Below, one piece after another: positions 49,301 through 62,553 of a stretch of DNA of 64,000 nt; position 1 is the stretch's first letter, and each line of letters opens with the position of its first letter. The translations under genes were made by a program, and so were the position numbers. A model generated the notes under the pieces. That model was not told the DNA's origin, did not search any database, and saw nothing but the letters and a program-made list of their open reading frames with translations. This stretch comes from Azolla caroliniana (taxonomy: Eukaryota; Plantae; Polypodiophyta): NCBI GenBank assembly GCA_043228905.1, contig JBHGNT010000006.1, positions 7,316,001-7,380,000 on the forward strand, given 5' to 3'.

Positions 49301-50956
49301 ACCAAAGAGACGGCGGGTGGCGGCGATGAGTCGGAAGCCGGAGCGGACGAGGATACCGGAACAGGTATCCGATACGGAATGACGAACAAGCGGCCCAAGA
49401 CGATAAGTCGGGGTCGGAAGGGGCTACGGCAACGAAGGGAGAAGAGGCCGACGCAGAGGTCGGGACTACGGCGGGAGAAGCGTGTAACACGAAGCATGCA
49501 TTACGGCATAAAACAGAGCGTGCACTACGGCCGGCGAAGGGCCAAGAAGCAGGCATGCACCCGGAAGAGCGGCAACGAGTGACCGATGATGACAGTCAAA
49601 GGAAGCCTTTGAGAGGCAAGCGCGGGACGACGGACGGCGCGACGAGACGCCAAGATCGACGGAACAAGACGAGCGCGATCGACGCGATCGACATGAACGA
49701 AGGATTGTGTCTGGGAAAACAGAGGAGATGCGTGGAGAACGGAGGGTCACGTACCGTGAAGAGCAAATGGGGCATCCCGAAGGATGTGTGCGGCCGAGCG
49801 GGCCAGGCGGACCAAGAGGGTGTACCTCAGGGCGAAGCGGCAACATCGGAGGTTGCGGAGGACACCGAAGACGAGAGCACCGACTCAGATGTCGGGGAAG
49901 CAACGTACCTTTTCGAAAGGGTACGCAAAGCGGAGCGGAGTGCGAGACGTGCGATGTGGACACGTAAGGGCCGAGCGATGAGCATGAGGAAGATCGACAA
50001 CGAAGTTCAGCGCATGACAGTGCCGAGTCGAGGAAGCAGCCGAGGCGAGACAAGCGTGGACGAAGAGCACACAGTGCAATATCCGGCAAACAGTCGGGAA
50101 GAACGAGGATTCGGTCCAAGGTCGCGCACGAAAAACGAAGGAAGACAAAGAGAGGTTTGCGAAGACCGGGTCTGGTGGACCGGGCGGAGACAGTGGTTCA
50201 GCGAACTCCGTCGAGTATGGTGGATCAGATGGAGCCGATAGTTCGAGAGCATATGACGGATATGGCGGACCGGGAGGCTACGGTGGTCCATGTGGGACGG
50301 ATGGGCTTGCTCGAAGTGGAAGATGAAGTCGGGCAAAGCTGACAAAGACGCTAGGGACTCGGTTGATCGCCATGGCCGAAAATCTCACCTCTTTCCCCTT
50401 CTTGGCACATACCAGTGGATGTGCGGTTTGGTGGAGGCGGATGTCATGAAGATTTTCGTCCATAGGCAGAAACCGGGGTGTAAAGGGCAAGTCAGTGGTG
50501 TGCAACATGTGCACACGTATACTAGGAAATGGTGTATAGAAATAAGAGGGGAAATTTTATCCCACATTGTGACGTCCCTCCCTCCTTGGGCTATAAAAGG
50601 AAGGGAGGGGTCACTTATGAAGGGTTGCCTATTTTGCGTATGAAAGGCATACCACTTAGTCTAGAGTTCTTACCGTTTTAGGGTTAGGGTTTCGTTATTC
50701 ATCCTCGGTTAGGGTTTTCTCATGGTTTTTGGTGCGGCCCACGCGGCCACCATTGTTGTAATCGTTCGTTCGTTTTAATATATCTTGTTGAGTATCTTAC
50801 CTCCGCCGATCTCTCCTTCTATGTGGTGATCTTATTCTTTCTTCTTCTCCTCTTGAGCTAAGCTTCCAAACATATCTTATTCTTTCTCCTCTACTCCCTA
50901 ATCCAAGACCCCCGTGGTCCCGCCCCTTCTTCACGCACGCGCGTAACAACGCGACA
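46346..50956 (+). mobile_element. Non-autonomous gypsy element D (tRNA-Trp PBS, no pol)
   Basis: LTRs 46346-46864 and 50442-50956, PBS 46869-46886, PPT GGTGGAGGCGGA, TSD CCAG/CCGG. Gag N-terminus remnant (AVERVVDRVGRFNG..LGAYKAEM) followed by 222-bp repeats and GC-rich low-complexity sequence. Confidence 0.9.
47218..47905 (+). mobile_element. Solo LTR of a copia family related to the element at 34426-40520
   Basis: TGTTAGGAA...TTCCTGTCA termini, TSD CGGCG/TGGCG; shares ATGACTTAGGGCAAA, GGGTTTTCCACGT and GGTTGTGGCCGAG with the copia LTR reverse strand. Confidence 0.85.
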
Positions 50957-51420
50957 CCGGGGAAACAAGGGAAGGGAGATGCTCTATCTCAGCGTTCATA
51001 TCTTGCACCTCGACCAGGAGATACGGCCTTCAACAAACAAAAACAAATTCTCCTAGGACCATCAAAGCTACAAGCAACAACAATTTATGCCACACCGCTT
51101 GATTCACGCCTTGTTGATACTATTCGACAACGACTTCACTCTGATCATTTCGTTAAGGATGGCTTGGCCCACATTAGTCCAAGCCATGCATCTTGCTCCA
51201 CATTGCAAGGGTCATTTCAACACTATCAAGACTTCAAGTGTCAAGATGGCTTACTCTTTTACAAGAATATCCTTTACGTCCTTGATGGATCACCCCGCCT
51301 TCAAGTATTAAAGCATTGTCATGATGCCCTTGTGGCTGAACATCTTGGTATTGCCAAGACCATGGAGTTGGTGAAGCGCTTGTTTTGGTGGCCTCATTTG
51401 CACTTTGTCGAAGATTACAT

Positions 51421-54400
51421 TCTCGTGGTATTCCGTGAGTAAGTGTAGGATCTTAGGCGGTGTAACACATCCAATGTGTTGAGGGGTTCCATGATTGGAA
51501 CCGCAACACCCACCTCAACGGATTGAGGTGAGGGCCTTTCTCGACGGATAGAGAAGGTGCCCATGACTCAAGGTAAGAGTCGTGGGCTTATAAGTCTTCT
51601 CGATGGATGGAGAAGACACCCATGACCCAAGGTGTGAGGCATGGGTTGCACGTGTTCAATTGTCAATGTACACATGGGGAATGTAACCTCTAGTGCATTG
51701 AATACCCCAAAGTACTCAAGTACCTTTGTGGGGGAAGGAAATCTCCCTATGCATTCGAATAACCTAATGTAGTCAAGTCCTATGTGTGGGAATGGAATCT
51801 CTCTAGGCATTCGATCAACGTTAGATGTAGTCAAGTACCTATGTGGGGGAATGGAATCTCCCTAGTGATTGTATTCAATACCATTATGATTGATATAGGG
51901 TACTCATGTACTATATGGGGAGACTTATGAGAGAATAAAGAGGATCAAGATTCTATATAAGTTGGACAGAGGGTGGTTGGGCGGAAGTTCAACGGATCCA
52001 AGCTCTCTCTCTTAGTCATTTATCCCCATAGTCGAAGAGCGTTGACACGCGAGTCCGAATCCGATCGGCGGTCCATCCTTATCGCAAAATTTCGGTGGTG
52101 TTACAGGCGGGACCGCGGGGGTCTTGGACTAGGGAGACAAGTGGTGGAGTCCTTAAACTTTGTGGGCTTCGGTCCGGAATCGGTTCCATCTCCAATGAAT
52201 GTAGGGTTTCACAAAAATGGTTCACCATGAATATGGACCCGACTCAAATATGTTACAAGGAAGATAGATATACGCTAACATGAATATATATTACAAGAGC
52301 TTTACAACAAGACAGTTACATGCCCCGAATCCGGTGGTTATTACAAACAATCTGCTATTACATCAAGATAAGAATGGGGGACCGGCGAAGGCGAGTCAAG
52401 TGGGCCGTCGGGACCGCGACGTCCATCGTTGGTCACGCCCCGAAGATGATGGATTGTTCCTGTGCCACTTCGCCCTCCCTTCTCGAACCGATCGCCATGC
52501 GAAACACTCTCCATCGATGGCCACACGCACGTCTTCCGATCCGCTTTCCAATGTGCCCTTTCTGGCTCGACGCACCGCTCCTTGACCGGGTGTCCCCGGA
52601 AGATTACCCTTGTCGTGTTCCAGCCCGCATGGCCTCCTTCATTCGCGTGACACCTCGGCTATTCAGTGCTTTTGTTGTTGCCGCCTCCTTCCATTACCCT
52701 CAGTCTCACGTTGCCACGTCGGCCGAACTGCCAGGGTCTCCGGACAGTTGTGAAGGATCTTTCTTGGGCCTTAGATTTGTTGGGTCACCGACTCGTGTAC
52801 CAAGCGCGTCCGATCTTTGTCTTGCCGACTCTGTCGATCGGGTCCGTATCCGATTCATGGCCGCGTCGCCGGCCTGATACCTCTTTTCGCTCTTTTTTGG
52901 CCCTTCTACTTGATCCCATTCACCTATCGTCACCATCCTTCTCTCTAGGTCTCATGCCAGCTCCCGGGCCGACTGTCGGACTCTCCGGATCGGTGTGAGG
53001 ATCGTCGTAGGATCGCCCATCCGCACTTCTACGTCGTAGCTCGGGATCCCGTTCACCTGCCGCCACCGTCCATCTCTCTAGGTCTCATGCCGACTCTCGG
53101 GCTGACCGTCGGAGTCTCTGGATCGGTGTGAGGATCGTCGTAGGATCGCCCATCCGCTGCCTTTGCCCTCATCCCCTCGCCACCATCGTCAGTCTTTTGG
53201 TCTTACGTCGGCTCTTGGGCCAACTGCCAAAGTCTCTAGCCCGGTGTGAAGGATCCTCCTTGGGCCTCTCGTCTTTCCCGACCCTATCCCTGGTTGTCCT
53301 TCTCTACATGTCGAGAGGGTGGCTTGCTCCACACCCTTTCTCGTGGTACCGATGTACCGTGTTCCAGCCTCTTCGTAGGCCTGCCTCTTCCTCCCTTCCG
53401 GATCGGTTATCCGGAAGTTCGCTCCGCCCAGTTCTCTTCTAGGTCCGTCCGTCACTCTACCGCCACCGTTAGTATCTTGGTCTTACGTCGGATCCAATGT
53501 TGACTGCCGAAGTCTCTAGCCTAATGTGAGATGACCCATAGGACCAGTGTTCGTTCCTCCTCTTCGTCGTTTCGGTTGCCCGCCTTGCCACCGCCAACGT
53601 TCGTCACTCTAGGTCTCACTCTAGGTCTCACACCGGCTCTCGATCCATCCACCGGAGTCTTGAGAACCGGTGTGGGTAAGGTCCCCGCACCGCCGCCTGC
53701 CTCCTCCCCGCTTGATGTTTCGGGCTACCGTGCCCCGAATCCTCCACCCACTCTCGAAGTGGTTTTGCCTACTCCATAGTCACCGGCCTCATCCTTGGTC
53801 GTCCCCTTTCCGCTTGACGAGAGGGTCACTAGCTCCACACCCTCTCCCACGTCGGTGTCGCATGCTCTTCCGACCTCCGGATAGGCCCCGTCCTCCACGT
53901 GTAGGGAGGCGTATTCCTCCGCAACTTGAAAAGCTGACTTGTTCCGCACCTTCCCCGTAATGGCACCATCGTACCGAACCCGGACCCCTACACGGCCTCA
54001 TCTTTATTCCGCATCCGTCGAGAAGGCGGATTCCTTCTCAACCTCTATTTGCCTCTTCGACCACCCATGCCCGTGCATCTTCGATAACTCCCTCGAAGGA
54101 CCCCAAACCGTGACCGTCTTGAAACTCTTTGTCCTCTTCATGCCATACGGCTACCACCACTCGGCAAACACTTTAGCCTCGTTGCCTCTCATACATCTCC
54201 TCATTGCCTCTCAATCCGAGCATCGTGGGCTTTTAAATTTTTGGAACCCCGTCCCCACTCCAATGGTCGACTTCTTCGACCGCACTCTCAACAGCTTCCA
54301 AACCATTTCTTGTCCACCCTTCTTCCGTGTATGTTCATCATCGCCTTCGACATTGCCTTCACCGCGAAGCCTTCTTCATCCACCTCCATTCTCCCTTGCC

Positions 54401-55475
54401 GCCTTTCACGTCGAGTTCACCAAAGATATCGCGATATTCCACGAGTACGTGTAGGATCTTAGGCAGGACCGCGGGGGTCTTGGACTAGGGAGACAAGTGG
54501 TGGAGTCCTTAAGCTTTGTGGGCTTCGGTCCGGAATCGGTTCCGTCTCCAATGAATGTAGGGTTTCACAAAAATGGTTCACCACGAATATGGACCCGACT
54601 CAAATATGTTACAAGGAAGATAGATATACGCTAACATGAATATATATTACAAGAGCTTTACAACAAGACAGTTACATGCCCCGAATCCGGGGGCTATTAC
54701 AAACAATCTGCTATTACATCAAGATAAGAATGGGGGACCGGCGAAGGCGAGTCAAGTGGGCGTCGGGACCGCGACGTCCATCGTTGGTCACGCCCCGAAG
54801 ACGATGGATTGTTCTCGTGCCACTTCGCCCTCCCTTCTTGAACCGACCGCCATGCGAAACACTCTCCATTGAGGAGAGGAAACCGAACCTCCAAGTGCCG
54901 CCACCGAAATGCCAAAGAGCCACCATTGTAGAAAACCCCAAACCAAAACACTAACTCGACCAAGAAGAAGGTAAACCCCAAAACCCCAAGCTTATGAAAC
55001 CTAGATCACATAAAGAAAGCCGAAACCCTAAATCCCCCATGATCTCTCACAAGATGAAGAACGAGACGAAGTACTAAACCTCCACTCAAGAAGAAGGAAT
55101 CAAACCCATAAGACAAAGAAGATGAAACCCTAAACGAAATAGGGAGAAAGACCAAAGTAGAAACCCTCAGAAAATAAGAATAAGAGAAAATTGTCTAGCC
55201 CTAAATCTAACGATATACCCTCCTAACTCAAAATGGGCAACCCCTTTACAAAGGGCACTCACTTCCTTTTATAGAACAAGGAGAGGGATGCGTAACAATG
55301 TGGGATAAATCCCTTATTACATGGGATCCTTTGTTCCGAATTAACTATTGTCAGGCCCCATAATGGCGCCCCTATCATTTACACAATTTATACAAAGGGT
55401 GAGTGCCCATGCTCCACCCTGCCGATCCTTTTGATATTCCTTGGTTTCTCACCATGGCCCGAAATCTTCATGACA
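51421..55475 (-). mobile_element. Non-autonomous gypsy element E (tRNA-Trp PBS); 5' LTR 54427-55475, 3' LTR truncated (51421-~52515)
   Basis: 52106-52515 matches 54462-54869; PBS ends at 54422; TSD ACAT/ACGT; removal restores host pol DYVHTCD. Confidence 0.85.
51461..52105. mobile_element. Solo LTR (645 bp) of another family inside the LTR of element E
   Basis: TGTAACAC...GTGTTACA termini, perfect 5-bp TSD GGCGG, absent from the sister LTR at about 54462. Confidence 0.9.
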
Positions 55476-57826
55476 ACGTTCATACATGTGACACCTGTTG
55501 TCGAGCCAAAATGCCCAAGCATCATCCTTATGGCTTGTTACAACCATTACTGCCTCCAACCAAGCCATGGCAATCTATTTCTATGGATTTCATTATGGAT
55601 CTGTCACCTTCAAAAGGATTTGATACTATTTTAACAGTAGTGGATTGATTTACCAATATATCATGTGTAAAGAGCATTAGTAGTCAAGAAACCACATATA
55701 TCATTATGTGTGAAGTGTTTCACCATCATGGTCTTCCAAAGGATATAATTACCGATCGTGGTCCTCAATTTATCTCTCACTTTTGGAAGCACCTATGGGC
55801 AAGCCTCAAAATCTCCTGCAAACTCTCTTCGGCTTATCATCCACAAACTGACGAACAAAATAGAGTGCACGAATCAAACGCTCGAGCAGTATCTTCAATG
55901 CTTCATCAGTTATCAACAAGATGATTGGAGTAATATTTTACATATTGCTGAGTTTGCATACAATAACACGATACACTCTTCTACCAAGGTTACACCTTTC
56001 TTTGCTTACACCGACAACCATCCTCGATGGTGTATCTTGGATCTTCCTAAGGTCGCATGAAACCCTAGTGCTGAGCATCACCGTCATCGACTACACCGAA
56101 TCCAATTAGCGTTATTTGATTGGGTAGGTTATCCTCCGAGTGATCGCACATGGGAACTCGTCAATAATGTTTCTAATGCTCAAGCTCTTTTCGATGAGCT
56201 CCATCACCGCTATCCAAACAAACTGGGCCCTACATTGTTAACGCCACCTTCCACTCGTCGTTCTTGAAGGGGAGATAATGTCATGAATACATAAACATGA
56301 TGGCTTCACCTGGGCTCGAACCCAAGACCTTGTAATACATAGTCAAGAACCTAACCATTAACATAGTCTATGATCATATGAGATAATAAAAGGTACTTCT
56401 TGTAATATACTGATTATTGTAAATACTCTGGAACATTCTAGAACATTCTAGAATATCCAAGAACATCTTAGAATATTCTAGGTCTAGAACATTCTAGAAC
56501 ATTCTAGAACATTATAGAAATCTCTAGGCTATTCTATAGGAACCTATAAATATAGACATACAATTCTTCTCAAACCAATTCGAATCAACACTAGTCTTAA
56601 GCTCTATCTTGTATCCATTTTCATTCGATCATAATACATTCATTCTTCTCTTATCACTTCATTCCTCTCTTCTTGTGATCTCTTTACATCTTTCTTCTGC
56701 AACTCTATCTTTTTTCTCGGTTCTGACACCTTTTTGTGAAGGTTTGATCCAATTCATAGTCCATGCCATGTTGCAATGCATGATTTAACATATCACATAT
56801 CTGTGCATGTGTTTTTTCCCTCGTGCATTTGAGCATTTAAGCCTTTATAGATTGAAAATGGCTTGTCGTTGAGAGGTTAATTTCTTAAGACCTATACATA
56901 CATCTTCTATCATAAAGAAGGGAGGCATATGTGGAAGAGAACCATTACACCATAATCTTTCCGGAAATTAATAGCTCCTAAAAATTCTTGTAATATGTCG
57001 ATAGGTTCATAAAGAGTTAAGTCACCATAACTTTCAACACATTTTCCCTTTAAATTTCCCTAGAATTAAGTGCATCCATGTGCTTTTCGCTTGTGTTTCG
57101 AGAAATTGTTGAGTAACCTCCCATATTCTTCTCTTCATTTGAATAGAGAGAGAGAGAGAGAGAGAGGTCCTTTTTGAATTATGCAGAAAGTACCTCTTGT
57201 CTAAATATGCCAAGATTTTGGAGCACCATTAGAAAGTAGACACCTGCTCTACCACCACCCTATATGTACCCAAATTCAAATGATCAATGATAAATTGAAA
57301 ATCTTAGCAAACTTTTTGAAGTTACCAAGGAGGACCAACGATGTATCTCCAATGATATTGGTTCAATCATTGAGATTGAACCACTCTAGGAGTGTTTGTT
57401 TCTCTTTGTGAATTAATTGTCATTTGTCGAACACTTTCTCCTCCTTGACCAATTAAAAAGTGAACCTTCTTAGATAGTTCTCGACACGCTTTATGTTTTG
57501 GCACAATTTGGTGCATATGTTTTTTGTCTTTAATTTTGTTGTAATTTCAATGACTCACGGAGACTACACCTTACCATCTGCAAATTGTGTTTTCTATGGG
57601 CTTTTTGGAAACAATGTGAACTAGTTTATAAGGTCAGGTTTAGGTTCTTGCAATACTTGCAACTTTTCTAGTGTTAGGATTAGTACTTTACAATTAGATC
57701 CCACACCAAATTGGTTGGATTTTATGCACATCTAATGCAAAGCCCTTTTTTTATGGAGACACATATGTACACACACATCACACCCTTATGATATTTGTTG
57801 ATAATTGTTTCTTAATGTCTTTGATC

Positions 57827-60334
57827 TTTTTTTTTTTTTTTTTTTTTTTTTCCGGGAAAAATATCCTTTCATTAGTTATGAACAACATTACAAAAAATTG
57901 ACGTACCATCAAGCTACCATTGATCTGGTGCATTCTTCCTTAGGTCCCATCCCTCAACACTCCACCACTCCTTAACCAAGTTATGTGATTGGTGGTGGGA
58001 ACAACCATACTGGTGGCGCGAAGCACCATTTAGGTCTTGAATTTTGTATTGTGAGAAAAGGGGTCTTCTTCCAATAGACAATAAATTCGAGACGTTGCAA
58101 CACTGCAACATCTGTCTCACCTTTAATATCCTCATACTGTCCTTTCAAGGTATGTACCATCTCCATCCAGACATTCCGTGTACTTTCCACTGGATGAATA
58201 GTAGTATTACCAAACACCTTAGAACACCTAGCAGTCCAAATAAACCACATTGTGGTGGTGCATAGTAGCTCCCATACCTCTTGCATTGTCTTTAACATGT
58301 AAGGAGCCTCCATTTGACTTTGTTGCACCGCCATTATCCTTCCTCTTTGAATTCTAATAATCGTGTCATTTGGGCATGCATCATATGGCCACACCACTTG
58401 TGCCACTGTGGCCCATACTACCATACCCCACGAAAAACTGCAATCCCTAAACATAAAGGCAAGAACTCGGAACACTCGCCTCCAAACTTGCTGTGCAGCA
58501 TGACATTCCCACAAGCAATGTTTCAATGTCTCCATCTGACAACAACAATAGATGCATGCGGTCGGTGCAGCTGATTGTTGCAACCATTGGCCAATTGGCA
58601 ATGCTCTATGTATTACTAACCATTGGAAGACATTTATTTTCATATCTTGCTTCCTTTTCCATAATGTTCCCCAAAACTTTGTTAGGAATTCTGATGTGAT
58701 CCCTTGGTGGTTCCAAAATTGACTAGCTCGTGGTGTAGTCCTACGTTGAGCTGCCAAAATGTGTCGTCCCATCTTAACTGAATACTGGAAAAAACCATAC
58801 CTTTTTCCCATACGATCAAACGGATCTTTCCACCAAAATTCTCCCGGATCCCATTGCAACCTTATCAAAGGTTTCTTTTCAAAAACTCTCAGTTTCCAAT
58901 GCTCCTTGACCGCCTCAACTTGTGGGTCGATGAGCCACTTAGATCCGTCATAAGCAAGGACCCTTATTTTAGAAAATGTAGCATATTGCAAGATCTCTGT
59001 TTGTATCGTTGCACTACTTATACTGCCATCTTCCTCCACCTCATAGTCTTGACATCGTCCGCAAGACAAATGTCCCCTTACCCCCACTAGCACTTGAAGC
59101 CTCGTAAATGCTCCTTCCCACTTGGGAGGGTTAAAGGACCATATCGTAACGTCAGAGTGCCCCAAAACTGACTGCACTTGGTCCCACATAATCAGCCCCC
59201 CTCTCAAGGAAGACAAGAATTCTGATCTGTCATTTATATTCAGAGTATGAAATGATTTCCATGCATCAACGGACGCTCCTGGCCCTACATCGAGCTTGGC
59301 CCAATCCAATCGCGTTCGGGACCCCAACATGTGCCCTGATGGCAAACGCATATTCGGATTCCACACTAAGTTTTGTCTCAAGTATTCGTCCTCACATGTT
59401 GGTACACCATGTTCCAACCCTTTATGTACATGCTCCCATGCTCGTAGAAGACCATTAAAAAATTTGTCTTCCCAATTCCTAGACATAACATGTTTCTTGT
59501 CTGGTATAAAAATCCACCTTATGCTATCAGCCCATAATCCACCCATCGACGGAGCACAACTATACAATCTTTGCATAAGTAATTGCTTCCAAGGAGCATG
59601 TCCTGGTAAAAGGCCACGAATTATTAGTTTTGCTAACAAGGCCATGCATTGGTCTAATGGATCTATAATCCCCAAACCACCGTATTGTTTTGGGGTTATC
59701 AATGTACTCCAAGCCACCTTCGCTCTTACATGACTCTTATCTTCCCCAGCCCATATAAAATTCCTAACCAGCCTTCGAATTTGTCCAATGCACGATTTTG
59801 AAAAGATCCAAGATGAGGCTATATACCACACCGTAGATAGTAGCACATGGTTGGCAATTATCACTCTACCGGCCAAAGATAGTTTAGCATGACTCCACAA
59901 GAATAATTTTTTCCTCAAAGTTAATAGTAATGGTGCAGCATGTAATTCTGGAATCAAATCAATCCCAACCTGCACTCCAAGATATCGAACCGCAACTCCT
60001 CTTTGAGTCCATTGGAAAGTATGATGCGGTGCCCAACAAGGCGGCGGCTCCTTGCTTACCCAAAATGCAACAGTTTTCTCCCAATTTAACTTAGCTCCAG
60101 ACGCTATACAAAACTGTTTTTGTTCGCCAAGGATGTCCACTTGCACCATTTTTGTTCCTTCTGTTTGCGGAAGCAATGCATGCATTTATATCATCACAAT
60201 CTATAGGCTTGCGTGGTTTGGCAATGCCAATGCATGGACAAGATATATTGGACTCGGAATTTGCAGATGACACTGCATTATATGTGGATGGGACTCTAAC
60301 GAATTTGCAACAAGTACAAGGGGCTTTGTCACAG
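57827..60334 (-). mobile_element. 5'-truncated, 5'-inverted L1/Tx1-type LINE
   Basis: Poly(A) tail (T run 57827-57851), TSD TAATGTCTTTGATC(TTTTTT) at 57813 and 60335. Open ORF2 C-terminus 57981-60116 (YLGV, zf-RVT CIYC..ETLKHCLWEC). RT core VRQGCPLAP..FADD on the opposite strand at 60122-60334. Confidence 0.93.
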
Positions 60335-60654
60335 TAATGTCTTTGATCTTTTTTGGGGCTGTGTTGCAATTTGTTGGGGTTTGAAAAATGGATCTTTGAT
60401 GGGGGGTTGGGAATGGGGGCACCCCTAGGGCCTACATACATGCCATTGACTATATAGTTGGTCTGAACAATGCATCTCATGATGCGTATAGATTCTAGAA
60501 GTCAAAAAAACGTGACAAACATGATTGAGGATGACTAGGAAGAAGGATAACATGGGCTCCATCTAGACAAAAACATAAACAAGAGGCACAAGTGGGTGGG
60601 CATCACATACACACTTTTAACAATGCTCTAGGGTTCTAACACATGCAAAGTCTC

Positions 60655-60929
60655 AACCTACAAACACGTATATAAGATAGCAATACAAAAAATAGATACA
60701 GAGGTAGGAATACATACTCAAAACATGAGATATGAATACATACTCAAATACATGAGGGGAATACACAGGCACGCATGCACGGATACAAGATTCAAATACA
60801 TATTGAGACCCATACATAAATAGGGATACACACACTAGGACATGAACACACAAACACAGGCCACAACCAAAATATAGATACAATGCATAGATGCATGTAT
60901 TCAGACTCACATACAATCTACAAATATAT

Positions 60930-60968
<39 letters not shown>

Positions 60969-61645
60969 CAAATGCATACATGCACATACAAATGACTTGC
61001 ACGTATATATACTCGGACTTTGTTACAAGATACAAATATGGGGATGCCACACATATACATACATGGACTCCAGACGCACAAATACATAGACCCACCCCAC
61101 ACATGCACACATACCACACACACACACATATACATACATACCACAAACATGTAAATGCATACATACATACATACATACATACCACAAATATGTAAATGCA
61201 TACATACATAATACTCCAATACATACATACATGGACATAATAACAGTGAGAACTCTCCGACAGAAGGCCCACTCATACATAGGAACCCCACCCGCCACAT
61301 ACACATACAAAGACCCACAAACGTTATTTTTGCAAAAAGAGAAAAAGAAAAAAGAAAAAAGAAAAATTGAAGAACAGAAAACAAATAACAAATAACAAAT
61401 AAAAACGAAAAACGAAAAAGAAAAATCGAAAAAACGAAAAATGAAGAACAACAAATCGAAAAACAAAAAACAAAACCGAAAAAAGGGAGAAAAAGAAAAA
61501 CGAAAAAAGGGAGAAAAATCGAAAAATCAAAAAACAGAGAACGAAAAACAAAAAGCGAAAAAGAGAAAAGAAAAAAGCAAAAACGAAAAAGGAACAGAAA
61601 GCAAAACAAAACAAAAAATGGAAAATGGGAAAAGAGAAAAAGAAC
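60655..61645. repeat. Low-complexity tract: (ACAT/AC)n-rich, (AG)n, then A-rich GAAAA/CAAAA repeats
   Basis: Directly visible; explains the spurious F/V/C/Y-rich ORFs. Confidence 0.85.
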
Positions 61646-62475
61646 CCACTCTCTCTCTCTGTCTCTGTCTCTATTTGTCTCTAATCTCGCCCTCGCCCGG
61701 CTCTCTCCAATGGCTTCTTCCTCTGCGCATCCATCCATCCTACCGATCATCTCATTCATTCATTCTTTTTTCCCAACCGAGCAGTAAGTAAGTAAGATCT
61801 GATCTCGATCTGATCTCGATCTCGATCTGATTCATTTCTATCCATCCTCCCTCCCTCCCTCCCCTGCACGAACTCGGAGATCGTTTCCTTCGGCTTCCCT
61901 GTTTACAGATCGGATCTTTTCAAGCAGTTTCCTGTGCAGAATTCCTGTTTCTTTCTGGTACGTTTCGCATTTCTGGATCCGCTTCCTTTCCGGTTTGATA
62001 TCATTCTTCTTCTTCTTCTTCTTCGTCGTCGTCGTTTCCCCGACTATTCGCTTTGAGGTCAGATTTAGGGTTCAGTTGACTGCTTCTTTTGACATCAGAT
62101 TTAGGCTTTTACAGGAAAACCTCATTCTGAGGCTCGATTTAGGGTTTCTCAGGCATTTCTGTTGAGGTTGGAAGTAGGGTTGCCGACAATAGCTATTGAA
62201 AAAATTTGTTCTTGATATCAGAGTAAAGAAAGACTTTCATCGGGGCTAATCTTAGGTGAGCTCTTTTTCTCTCATTTCTGTCGCATCATCTAGAGGCATT
62301 TAATCACGAGGAAAACCTCGTGATATCTGAAACGCTCGGATGTTTCTCGCAAAATTTCTCTGCACAGCTAGGCTTTCCTTTCCTAGTAAGTGGCCGACTT
62401 TCATCTATGGTTAAGAGTTAGGGTTTTCCAGACGGTTCATTTAAGGTCGGATTTAGGGTTCTGATAATGTCCGTG

Positions 62476-62553
<78 letters not shown>

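Larger units (their letters stand above)
42721..56728 (+). mobile_element. Tcn1-like chromovirus #2, degenerate, carrying nested elements D and E
   Basis: LTRs 42721-43150 and 56279-56728 (TGTCA..TGACA), 5-bp TSD CCTTT, PPT before 56279. gag 43213-44382 and pol fragments 44383-46345, 50957-51420, 55476-56270 are homologous to 92-3664. Confidence 0.93.
42020..56900 (-). pseudogene. Decayed RTE-type LINE RT fragment (42020-42720, resumes 56729-~56900) split by Tcn1 #2
   Basis: LYCCFIEFKKAFDIVP, GVKQECTLSLTLFGLCID, LLYVDDVVLFA; WIKP resumes across the insertion. Confidence 0.75.

Noticed and set aside
57981-60185. ORF-track start (MHALLP..) as the true N-terminus of a 734-aa protein
   Set aside because: The first ~23 residues are the antisense of the inverted RT segment; the element is 5'-truncated.
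60653-61791. 368-aa hydrophobic ORF and overlapping ORFs
   Set aside because: Translation artefacts of A-rich and (ACAT)n low-complexity DNA.
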